A stretch of DNA of 17,987 nt, from NCBI GenBank assembly GCA_039589315.1, contig JBDHHQ010000105.1:1-17987 (forward strand), read 5' to 3'. The notes beneath the pieces were generated by a model, which saw only the letters and a program-made list of their open reading frames with translations, did not search any database and had not been told where the DNA came from. This stretch comes from Gemmatimonadota bacterium (GTDB lineage: Bacteria > Gemmatimonadota > Gemmatimonadetes > Longimicrobiales > Gaopeijiaceae). Position numbers and translations under genes: made by a program. This document shows positions 1-7,581 of the stretch, piece by piece. Every line of letters begins with the position of its first letter. Position 1 is the stretch's first letter.

Positions 1-32
1 CGCTCGTACTGGTGCAGCAGATCGTCACGCAT
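1..32 (-). CDS. tssF: T6SS baseplate subunit TssF, N-terminus only (runs off the window edge)
   Basis: ATG at 32-30 overlaps the tssE stop (TGATG). It reads MRDDLLHQYER, a typical TssF start (xLLxxYERELxxLR), and tssE-tssF is the usual gene order. Only 10-11 codons are visible. Confidence 0.75.
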   Translation of the reverse strand, partial: MRDDLLHQYE

Positions 33-505
33 CAGACCGCCCCGCCCACCGTGAATTTCCCGGAGGAGATCTCCAGGACCGTGTCGAAGACCACCCTCTC
101 CGGGTTCGGCTCCATCTCCAGCGTGGCCTTGACCTTGAACCGGATCTCCTTCTTCCCGGTCTCGCTCGTCGTGGAGACCGTCACCCGGACTCCGCTCAGG
201 CGGGGCTCGAACAGCTCGATGGCCTCCTTGATACCGCGGGCGAGGACGCGAGGCGTCTCCGGAGAGGTGGCGCTGAGGGAGCTGATGTCGGGCAGTCCGT
301 ACCGGAAGAGCGATTGATCCAGCTCCGTCAACGCCTCCGGCACTTCGACGGGCGTACGCCGCGTGTTGAGAAGCCAGTCCAGGTCCCGAAGCACGTGCTC
401 TCGCAGGCGGTTCGCGGACGCGACCCACGTCCTTGGCTCGTCTTCCTCGATGATCCGGTCCAGAAAGGACTGCTGGACCGTCCGCTCGTCGCTACGCGTC
501 GCCAT
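32..505 (-). CDS. tssE: T6SS baseplate subunit TssE (gp25-like), 157 aa
   Basis: Motifs SFLDRII, VLRDLDWLLNTRR, SLFRYGLPD and AIELFEPRLSGVRV. Start placed at ATG 505 (MATRSDERT), overlapping the tssA stop; the extension to 853 in the ORF track overlaps tssA. Confidence 0.93.
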   Translation of the reverse strand: MATRSDERTVQQSFLDRIIEEDEPRTWVASANRLREHVLRDLDWLLNTRRTPVEVPEALTELDQSLFRYGLPDISSLSATSPETPRVLARGIKEAIELFEPRLSGVRVTVSTTSETGKKEIRFKVKATLEMEPNPERVVFDTVLEISSGKFTVGGAV

Positions 506-2369
506 GCGGCTCTGGCTGCTCGGTTTCCTGACCCGCCGCCGCGACCTCGGCCGAAGCTCCTTGGCCGGATCCGGCGTTGAACCGTATGGCCTGCATCGGG
601 TCGACCTTGCAGACCCGGAGATACAGGTTCCTCCGGGCGTCGGAGTCGCCTTCGAGCCTGCCCATGCAGTGGTAGAGGAGTCCCATGGGACCGGAGAGCA
701 CCTCACCCTCCTCCCAGTCTTCCAGCTTGTGCTCGTCGATCTGTGCGAGCATCTCGCGGAGGATGGGCATGGCCACCGCTTCCATGCTGGCGTCCACCAT
801 GATCCCGGCAGCCTGCCCACGGCGGATGAAGCGCGTGCGCTCACTGTTTTCACGTGACGCCGCGTCCATGAGAAGCTCTATCGCCTTCCGCGGCTGTCCG
901 GCACGGGCCTTCTCTTGGGCCCGTTGCCAGGCGTCCCGAATCGGCTTGGCTGCGATCTTCTTGCCTTCGAGCTCGGCCTCGGCCTCGTCGCTGAACGCTG
1001 CGAACCCTACATCCTCCTGGAGCCAAAGGCGTGTCTCCCGGTTGGCCGTGGGAGAGTCGTCCATCAATGTCAGCTCGGGCAGCGTGGGCAGGTCGGCGAG
1101 GAGGCCTCGGAGGGAGCCCTTGATCGCGGCAGCCACCACCTCGAAGTCGGGGCCGAGCCCGTCACACGCGGTGAGCACGTATCGCTGGAGGTCCAGCCAG
1201 CCCCGCCCGAACTCGGTCGCCATGACGTCCTCGCCCGCGTGCAGGAGGTCCATCCACTTCCCGTCCAGGAGCAGAGACTTCAGCCTCGTGCGCACCTGGG
1301 TGGGAGGCGCCGCCAGCGTCCGCGGATCGACCTGTGAGCCGCCCGCTCGCAACTCCCCCCAGCGTAGACCGCGTACCATGAGATAGGGGGCCGGGTTGGC
1401 GGGGTCGTCCACGCGCAGGAAGCGCGCGGCCGCCGAAACGCGAGCCGCGGCATCCTCCCGACTCTGGGGCTCGACCGATACGGAGACCGGGCCGGTGGCA
1501 GTCGGCGAATCCGCGCTCATCGTGTCCCCTTCCCCCTCGGCGGCCGTCGCTCCCGCGTCGACCTCCAGCACTGGTTCGGCCTCCGGCGGATCCGGCTCGA
1601 GCTCCAGCTTCTTGGCCAGGAGCTTGTCCGTGACCCTCCTGATTTCCTTCAAGACGTCCTTCAGCGGCAAGAAGCTCGGCGTCGCGTCGGCGAACGCCTC
1701 GTCACAGTAGTCCTCCAACGACTCGAGCGTCTCGATGGACCCGTGGACCGACGCGACCAGCGCCTTGAACCAGTCCTTCGAGGTGGCCGTGAAGGCCTCC
1801 TCCCAGTCCTCGAGCAGGACCTTGCCGCTCTCCGCCGCCTCGGCCCGGGCTTTCTGACGCTGGTCCGTGTCGGCATCCCCCTCCGACCCCAGGCGTCTGG
1901 CCTCCTCGTAGTCGATCAGGCCGTGGCCGCTCTGGTTCAGCGGTGCCGATCGAACCGCCAGCAGCATCTCGCTGTGGCCACCGACCCAGCCGAGGGGCCC
2001 GGCGCGCATCTCCAGGTCGCCCTCGTCGATCTCTGGATAGAGGTGGTCCCAGAATCGCTCGAGCAGCGCCTTCAGGAGAGCGAGTCCCTCGAGAAGGCCG
2101 GAGAGGCCCTCCCTCCGGATCGTGGCTTCAGTCAGCCATGCGACCAGCTGCAGATCCTTGGAGCGCTTGGCCAGGGCGTCGCTGGCGAGCTTCGCGGCCT
2201 TGCCGTAGTCCGCCTTCTTGAGGTCCCGCTCGAATGCGCCCCTGGGCTCGTCGGGATCGTCGTACTTGCGAGCCTCCTTGATCTGGTCGTAGACCGGATC
2301 GTAGCGGAGGTACTCTCCGGCGGGGTTGGGCCCTTCGATGGGCTCGAGCAGATCGTCCCGAAAAGGCAT
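492..2369 (-). CDS. tssA: T6SS protein TssA (ImpA_N domain plus C-terminal VasJ-like region), 625 aa
   Basis: ImpA_N motifs LLEPIEGPNPAGEYLRYDPVYDQIKEAR, SKDLQLVAWLTEA and FWDHLYP; later FLRVDDPANPAPYLMVRGLRWGE and GWLDLQRY. Confidence 0.93.
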   Translation of the reverse strand: MPFRDDLLEPIEGPNPAGEYLRYDPVYDQIKEARKYDDPDEPRGAFERDLKKADYGKAAKLASDALAKRSKDLQLVAWLTEATIRREGLSGLLEGLALLKALLERFWDHLYPEIDEGDLEMRAGPLGWVGGHSEMLLAVRSAPLNQSGHGLIDYEEARRLGSEGDADTDQRQKARAEAAESGKVLLEDWEEAFTATSKDWFKALVASVHGSIETLESLEDYCDEAFADATPSFLPLKDVLKEIRRVTDKLLAKKLELEPDPPEAEPVLEVDAGATAAEGEGDTMSADSPTATGPVSVSVEPQSREDAAARVSAAARFLRVDDPANPAPYLMVRGLRWGELRAGGSQVDPRTLAAPPTQVRTRLKSLLLDGKWMDLLHAGEDVMATEFGRGWLDLQRYVLTACDGLGPDFEVVAAAIKGSLRGLLADLPTLPELTLMDDSPTANRETRLWLQEDVGFAAFSDEAEAELEGKKIAAKPIRDAWQRAQEKARAGQPRKAIELLMDAASRENSERTRFIRRGQAAGIMVDASMEAVAMPILREMLAQIDEHKLEDWEEGEVLSGPMGLLYHCMGRLEGDSDARRNLYLRVCKVDPMQAIRFNAGSGQGASAEVAAAGQETEQPEPHGDA

Positions 2370-2431
2370 CGGCGGCTACGGCCCCGTGGCAGGCGTGACG
2401 CAGGGGAACAGGTGGAGCGCGGTCACGCCGG

Positions 2432-3145
2432 TCAGCTCGGCGGCGTACTGCTCGCCGTGATCTCGAGCTCGCGAATCTCCAGGATGGGGATCTCCTCGCC
2501 GTCCACGAGGAAAAGCTTCTGGCCCAACGGAAACTCCAGGCCGTCGTCCTCGACCCAGGCGGTCATGCGCCCCAGACGTACCGTGTCCTCTGGGTCCTGG
2601 TACGTCAAAGGCGAAAGAACCGGAAGAAGAACCTCGCCCAATTCCAGCCGCTCGAATCCGGGGCCGGTCTGCACCGTCGCTGGTGTCCACAGGAGGTCCC
2701 GGAGCCGACGCGGAGGCTCGATAGCCACTGATGCCAGGTGCTGCAGCGGCATCCAGGTGTACTCGCCAGCCGCGAAGAACTCGAGCCGGGCACCGAGCCG
2801 TGGATCCGCATCTTGCAGGCTTTCGAACGGGCGTCCGTTCAGCGTGCCGGAGACCGGAGCAGGGCCGGTATCCCCCGGGAAGGCACCCGCGCGGAACATC
2901 TCCTCCCGGGTGGTCGCGGCGTGCAGGGCGCTCCGGTACAGCCAGGCACCCATGCCGGCTTCCGGGCTGGCCCCGGCCACGATCTCCAGATGCTTGCCGG
3001 CGCGCTCGAAGTCGCCGGCGAAGCAGAGCAGCTCGAAGAGAAAGGTCCGGCGCCGAGCGTCGGCGGGATCGTCCCGAAGCTCGGCGCCGAGAACCTCGAT
3101 CGCCTCATCCAGCCGGCCCGCCTCGTAGAGGGCCTGGGCTCTCAC
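2432..3145 (-). CDS. tagJ: T6SS accessory protein TagJ/ImpE (SciE/HsiE family), 237 aa
   Basis: Motifs LYEAGRLDEAI, DPADARRRTFLFELLCFAGDFERA, DADPRLGARLE, PPRRLRDLLWTPA, VRLGRMTAW and GQKLFLVDG. GTG start. Confidence 0.92.
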   Translation of the reverse strand: MRAQALYEAGRLDEAIEVLGAELRDDPADARRRTFLFELLCFAGDFERAGKHLEIVAGASPEAGMGAWLYRSALHAATTREEMFRAGAFPGDTGPAPVSGTLNGRPFESLQDADPRLGARLEFFAAGEYTWMPLQHLASVAIEPPRRLRDLLWTPATVQTGPGFERLELGEVLLPVLSPLTYQDPEDTVRLGRMTAWVEDDGLEFPLGQKLFLVDGEEIPILEIRELEITASSTPPS

Positions 3146-3155
3146 GGCGACCCCG

Positions 3156-3641
3156 TCAGATCGACACCGCCATCACGTCCCAGCTGGCGACCTGGGGCGA
3201 ACCCTTGGCGCCGGTCTCGGTCTGGGGCGTGAACGTGAACGTCACCTTACCGAAGTCCATGGCGATCTGGTCGATGGAGCGATCATCCCCGCCCGAGCTC
3301 CCGGACTGGTTGTAGCTCGAGATGTAGCACTTCTCGAACTCGAGGACTAGGTAGTCCACCGCCTCTTCACCACCCGCCTTGTGTAGCGTGATCTTGGCCG
3401 TGGGGTAATGCATTCCCTTGCAGCAGGCCTGGAAGATGGCCGGGCTGGAAGCATCCGTGTACTTGGTGAGCATGATCGGCGACATGACGGCCTTGCCGGC
3501 GCCGCCTCCCCCTCCGGACCCGATGGTGGTGGGGTTGCTCACGTTCATGTTGAAGCTCATCAGCTCGATCTTCCCCTCGAAGCCCTTACGGGTGGACTCC
3601 CCTTCGACGCCTTCGATTTCAAAGAACGCATCGTACGCCAT
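3156..3641 (-). CDS. hcp: T6SS tube protein Hcp/TssD, ~161 aa
   Basis: Motifs DAFFEIEGVEGES, IELMSF, GAGKA, TKYTDASSPAIFQACCKG and ISSYNQSGS. SD-like GGGAGA lies 7 nt before ATG 3641 (alternative ATG at 3647). Confidence 0.95.
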   Translation of the reverse strand: MAYDAFFEIEGVEGESTRKGFEGKIELMSFNMNVSNPTTIGSGGGGGAGKAVMSPIMLTKYTDASSPAIFQACCKGMHYPTAKITLHKAGGEEAVDYLVLEFEKCYISSYNQSGSSGGDDRSIDQIAMDFGKVTFTFTPQTETGAKGSPQVASWDVMAVSI

Positions 3642-3673
3642 GGCCATGTCTCCCGAGAGAGTGTTTCAGATAC

Positions 3674-3699
3674 GAAGAAGCGCCCTCCGGCGCCTCTCC
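3674..3699 (-). other. Intergenic RNA stem-loop between tssC and hcp
   Basis: Minus strand GGAGAGGCGCC-ggag-GGCGCTTCTTC forms an 11-bp stem including 2 G-U pairs. There is no clear U-tract. Confidence 0.5.
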
Positions 3700-3712
3700 A
3701 AGATGACCTGTT

Positions 3713-5172
3713 TTACGCCGAGGCCGGAGCGGGAAGATCGGCCACGAGGCGCATGGACACGCTCAGCTCGTCGAGCTGGAAGTGGGGCCTCATGAACGCG
3801 ATCGCCCGGTACGCGCCGGGTTTGCCCGGGATCTCCATCACGTCGATGCGCGCTTCGCGCAACGGACGCTTCGCCTTGACCTGGGCCGAGGCATCGTCAT
3901 TGCCCACGACGTAGTTGGAGATCCAGTTGTTCAGGAACTGCTCCGCTTGGCTGCGAGACATGTAGCTGCCGATCTTGTCCCGCATCATCGACTTCAGGTA
4001 GTGGGCGAACCGCGACGTGGCGAAGATGTACGGGAGCTGCGCCGAGATCCTGGCGTTGGCGGTCGCGTCGTCCGAGTAGTACTCCTTGGCCTTCTGCGCC
4101 GATTGGACGCTGAAGAACGCCGCGTTGGGCGTGCCCTTCTGGTGTACGAGAGGCGCGAAGCCGAGGTCCGCCAACTCCTTCTCGCGCCGATCCGTGATCT
4201 GGCACTCGGTGGGGCACTTCATGGCGATGTCAGCCCTTCCACCAGCCCGCCGCTTTCCACACCCCGGATCATCGCGCACCACCCGTACTTGGCGAAGGCC
4301 TCCGTGACCCGGGCGCCCAACGACCAGGCCGCGTTGCCCCACAGGTACCGGTCGTGCTCGGTGCCGTCGACGCCTTCCTCGAAGTTGAACGCCTCGACGG
4401 GCACCGATTCCAGCCCGTAGGGATCCCTGAGCAGCATCCGCGGTAGCGTGAGGGCCACGTAGCGGGCGTCCTCGGTCTCCCGGAACGCCTTCCATTTGGC
4501 GTACTCGGTCGTGTCGAAGATCTTCGCCATGTCCCGGGGCTGGTCGAGCTTCGTGTAGCTCTCGAGGTTGAACATCTCGTTCGAGGCACCCGTGATGAAC
4601 GGGGCGTGGGCCGCGGCAGCGACCTGCGACACCTTCTCCAGCAGCTCGATGTCCTGCCCGCCCTTGGAGAACTCGTAGTCTCCCAGCAGAGCCCCGAAAG
4701 GGGCGCCGCCGAAGACGCCGTACTCTTCCTCGTAGACCTTTTTGAACAGCGCGCTCTGATCGAACTCCGGCGCCTTCTGGAGGTCCTTGAGCAGGTCCTT
4801 CTTGGACACGTTCAAGATCTTCAGCTTGAGCATGACGCTGGTCTCTGTCTGATCCAGCAGGTACCGAAGCCCACGCCAGGTGCCTTCCAGCTTCTGGAAG
4901 TCGGGGTGGTGCATGACTTCGTTCAGCTGGGCGGACATGAGCTGATCGATCTGCGCGATACGGGCGTTGATCATCGACTCCGTATCGGGGGAGACCGTGA
5001 TCGTGCCCTCGAGGACCTCGCCCACGAACCGCTTGATCATGTCCCGGCCGCGCTCGACGGCAGGTGCCGCCTTGCCGAAACGACCCGACTCGACGATCTG
5101 GTCGAGTAGGCTGACCTCTTCTTGAGCCTCTGCTGCTGCTGCTGCTGCCTTCTCAGCCTCGGGATTCGCCAT
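3713..5172 (-). pseudogene. tssC: T6SS contractile sheath large subunit TssC (VipB), split by a frameshifting deletion at ~4229-4231 (real lesion or sequence error)
   Basis: The 5' part (5172-4231) has HHPDFQKLEGTWRGL, EFDQSALFKKVYEEEYG and IRGVESGGLVEGL. The 3' part (4228-3713, another frame) has IAMKCPTECQITDRREKELADLGF, RFAHYLK and RPHFQLDEL. The conserved PxHxFxTDxG segment between them is missing. SD-like GGAGG/GAGGG lies upstream of ATG 5172. Confidence 0.9.
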
Positions 5173-5243
5173 CGAACCCTCCCTTTGAACCGCTCGTCTG
5201 GGATTCTCTTCTAAAACGGCTGACGACCTTCAATGCCGCCAAC

Positions 5244-5771
5244 TCAGGACTCGTCGTCCTCGGATGGCGCCTCGGACGCCAGCTCTTCCTTCAGCTTGTC
5301 CCGCTTCTCCTCGTCGCCCAACGTGCTCTGGATGATCTCGTCCAACGCCTCGTTGCCCTGCAGCTTTCCACGGAGGTCCGCCAACTCTTGTCGGAGCTCG
5401 AGGAGCTTCTTCAGGGCCGGCACCTGCTGGGCCACACGGTCGGGGTCGAAGTCGTCGAGGCTCTCGAACGAGAGGTCGACGCCGATCTTTCCGGCCTCCG
5501 GGTCGTCCGAGAGCTTGTTCTCGACCGTGAACTGCAGGTGCGGATTCATGCTCTCGAGGACGTCGTCGAAGTTGTCCGGGTTCACCTCGGTGAACTTCCG
5601 ATCTTTCAGCCGGTCCAGCGGCTCCTTCGGCTGTCCGGTGAAGTCACCGAGAATGCCCATCACGAACGGCAACTCCTTCATCTCGATGGCGTCGCCCGTG
5701 TGGACCTCGTAGCTGATGTTCACGCGCGGGGGGCGGACACGGCTGAGTTTCTTGTGAACGCTCTCTGCCAT
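5244..5771 (-). CDS. tssB: T6SS contractile sheath small subunit TssB (VipA), 175 aa
   Basis: Motifs RVRPPRVNISYEV, KELPFVMGILGDF, DNFDDVL and FESLDDFDPDRVAQQVPALKKLLELR. SD-like GAGGGAG upstream. Confidence 0.97.
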   Translation of the reverse strand: MAESVHKKLSRVRPPRVNISYEVHTGDAIEMKELPFVMGILGDFTGQPKEPLDRLKDRKFTEVNPDNFDDVLESMNPHLQFTVENKLSDDPEAGKIGVDLSFESLDDFDPDRVAQQVPALKKLLELRQELADLRGKLQGNEALDEIIQSTLGDEEKRDKLKEELASEAPSEDDES

Positions 5772-5938
5772 CTGAGACTCCCTCGGTGGAGACGATGAGC
5801 CGAAGCCCAGGGAGAGGACTCCGTTTCAGCAATCGGGCCGTGGGCGGAAGGGCTCGGAAAACGGGCCGAGCATCAACACGACGGTCGGAGCAACGGCTGT
5901 TTGTAGGGCCGCGCCTGCGCCTCGGGCACGACGCTGCC

Positions 5939-5968
5939 ACCTTATCGGCAGTGTCTGGCGTTTGTCAA
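5939..5968 (-). promoter_or_regulatory. Putative sigma70-type promoter for the tssB operon
   Basis: Minus strand TTGACA (5968-5963), 18-nt spacer, TAAGGT (5944-5939), about 170 nt upstream of tssB in the divergent intergenic region. A perfect -35 box is uncommon in GC-rich DNA. Confidence 0.5.
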
Positions 5969-5996
5969 GGAGAATTGGCTGCTCCCGTCTCCTCGC

Positions 5997-6025
5997 TTGC
6001 GCCGGCCCACCCGGGGGCGCATGGT
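5997..6025 (+). promoter_or_regulatory. Weak candidate sigma70-type promoter for tssK copy 1
   Basis: TTGCGC-N17-CATGGT about 85 nt upstream of ATG 6112; partial consensus match only. Confidence 0.25.
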
Positions 6026-6111
6026 GGTGCTCCCGATCAGGAAGCGCGTAGCGCGGCGCCATGCCGCGACCGGCGTCGACACCCGTCGAATCGAGCGGAG
6101 GCCCGGATTCT

Positions 6112-7464
6112 ATGAGGCAGATGCAGAGCGTGCTGTGGGCCAAGGGCGTCCTGCTTACCCCTCAGCATCTTCAAACGCAGGACCGGTTCATCGAGGACCT
6201 GCTGGGTTTCCAGCTGTCCTCCTTGTCCTTCTGCCCCTGGGGCTTCAGCCGGCTCGAGCTCGACCGGGAGGCCCTGGCAGGGGGCGTTCTGGCCATCGCG
6301 AGCGCCTCGGGAATCATGCAGGACGGCCTGATCTTCGAGATCCCCGAATCGGATTCTCCGCCCGCCCCCAAGCCGCTGGAGGACCACTGGCTCGAGGATG
6401 AGGACGCCATGGACGTGCTGTTGGCCATCCCCGAGCACCGGGTCGGGGGCTACAATGTCTCCCTTGCGGACCAGGACCGGACCACCCGGTATCTGGCCGA
6501 GGTCCTCCTGCGGCGGGATGAGAATACCGGCCGGGAGGAGAAGCCGATCCAGGTGGCGCGGAAGAACTTCCACCTGCTGACGGAAGGCGAGTCGCTCGAG
6601 GGGTTTTCCACCATGACCGTGGCACGCGTCGAGCGAACGGCCACGGGTGAGTTCCACCTCGACGAGACGTTCGTGCCTCCACTGCTGGACATCTCCGCGA
6701 GTGAGTTCGTCCTGTCGATCGCGCGACGTCTGGTGGAGATCCTATCCACGCGAAGCAGCCTGCTTTCGGGCACCCGCCGGCAGCGGGACCAGTCGCTCGC
6801 CGATTTCGGTGTCTCCGACGTGGCCAACTTCTGGCTGCTCTATACCGTCAACACGCACCTCCCCGAGCTCCGCCACCTCTACGAGAGCCGGCGGGGGCAT
6901 CCCGGCGCGCTATTCGAGGCCATGCTGGCTCTGGCAGGGTCGCTCACCACCTTCTCGCAGACCGTCGAGGTCCGGGATCTGCCGGTTTACGACCACGCCA
7001 ATCTCTCGACGTGTCTGACCCAACTGGATCAGCAGGTGCGGGAGCTACTCGAAACCGTGATCCCGGCCCACCACGTGGCCCTGCCGCTCAAGGAAGTGCG
7101 TCCTTCGGTGCAGGCGACGGCCATCGACGACGACCGGTACCTGGCGGCGCCCCAGATCCTGCTGGCCATCCGGGCAGGGGTGAGCAAGGACAAGGTCATC
7201 TCCGGCGCCCAGCAGCTCAAGATCAGCTCTCCCGACCGGGTGGAGCGGCTGATCAGCCGGGCCTTGCCCGGCGTGAAGCTCGCGCACTCCCCGACTCCAC
7301 CCCGGGCGGTCCCGGTGAAGCTCGATTACGAGTACTTCAGGGTCGAGCGGTCCGGCGACGACTGGGACGCGGTGCGCACCGCCCGCAAGCTGGCCGTGTA
7401 CGTCCCGTCCGACCTCCCCGACGCCGAGATGGAGCTGGTCATCCTGCTGCCCGAGGACGACTGA
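6112..7464 (+). CDS. tssK: T6SS baseplate subunit TssK, paralog 1, 450 aa
   Basis: Motifs VLWAKGVLLTPQHLQTQDRF, PWGFSRLELD, ASGIMQDG, DVANFWLLYTVN, HPGALF, YDHANL, SRALPGV and LAVYVP. Start ATG 6112 follows GGAGG (6097-6101), rather than 6061. Confidence 0.95.
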   Translation: MRQMQSVLWAKGVLLTPQHLQTQDRFIEDLLGFQLSSLSFCPWGFSRLELDREALAGGVLAIASASGIMQDGLIFEIPESDSPPAPKPLEDHWLEDEDAMDVLLAIPEHRVGGYNVSLADQDRTTRYLAEVLLRRDENTGREEKPIQVARKNFHLLTEGESLEGFSTMTVARVERTATGEFHLDETFVPPLLDISASEFVLSIARRLVEILSTRSSLLSGTRRQRDQSLADFGVSDVANFWLLYTVNTHLPELRHLYESRRGHPGALFEAMLALAGSLTTFSQTVEVRDLPVYDHANLSTCLTQLDQQVRELLETVIPAHHVALPLKEVRPSVQATAIDDDRYLAAPQILLAIRAGVSKDKVISGAQQLKISSPDRVERLISRALPGVKLAHSPTPPRAVPVKLDYEYFRVERSGDDWDAVRTARKLAVYVPSDLPDAEMELVILLPEDD

Positions 7465-7581
7465 CCGGGCGTAGGATCTCCAGGGACGGGTCCCCACCCG
7501 ACTCCGACGCGCAGTTTCCCCCGAGAAGGTAGAGGGAATCCGCTACTGGAGCGCCGCGCCGCGAGACGGGTGACCCTGTGG

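Noticed and set aside
2392..2429. Inverted repeat GGCGTGAC...GTCACGCC between tagJ and tssA
   Set aside because: 8-bp arms with a long loop and no U-tract; not distinguishable from chance.
1743..3128. 461-aa plus-strand ORF
   Set aside because: Antisense shadow of tssA/tagJ with no recognisable motifs; expected in high-GC DNA.
4219..4240. Programmed ribosomal frameshift in tssC
   Set aside because: There is no slippery run at the junction, and about 10 conserved residues are physically missing, which a frameshift could not restore.
3713..4495. 260-aa ORF as an independent second tssC gene
   Set aside because: Its first ~88 aa are an out-of-frame reading of the upstream tssC half; only the part after ~4228 is TssC. 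It is one broken gene.
5131..5148. (TGC)6 microsatellite at the tssC 5' end
   Set aside because: In-frame poly-Ala in the variable TssC N-terminus; slippage would not alter the frame.
5921..5940. Sigma54-like GGCACG...TGC site
   Set aside because: GG-GC spacing is 9 nt for the best register on either strand, not the required 10.
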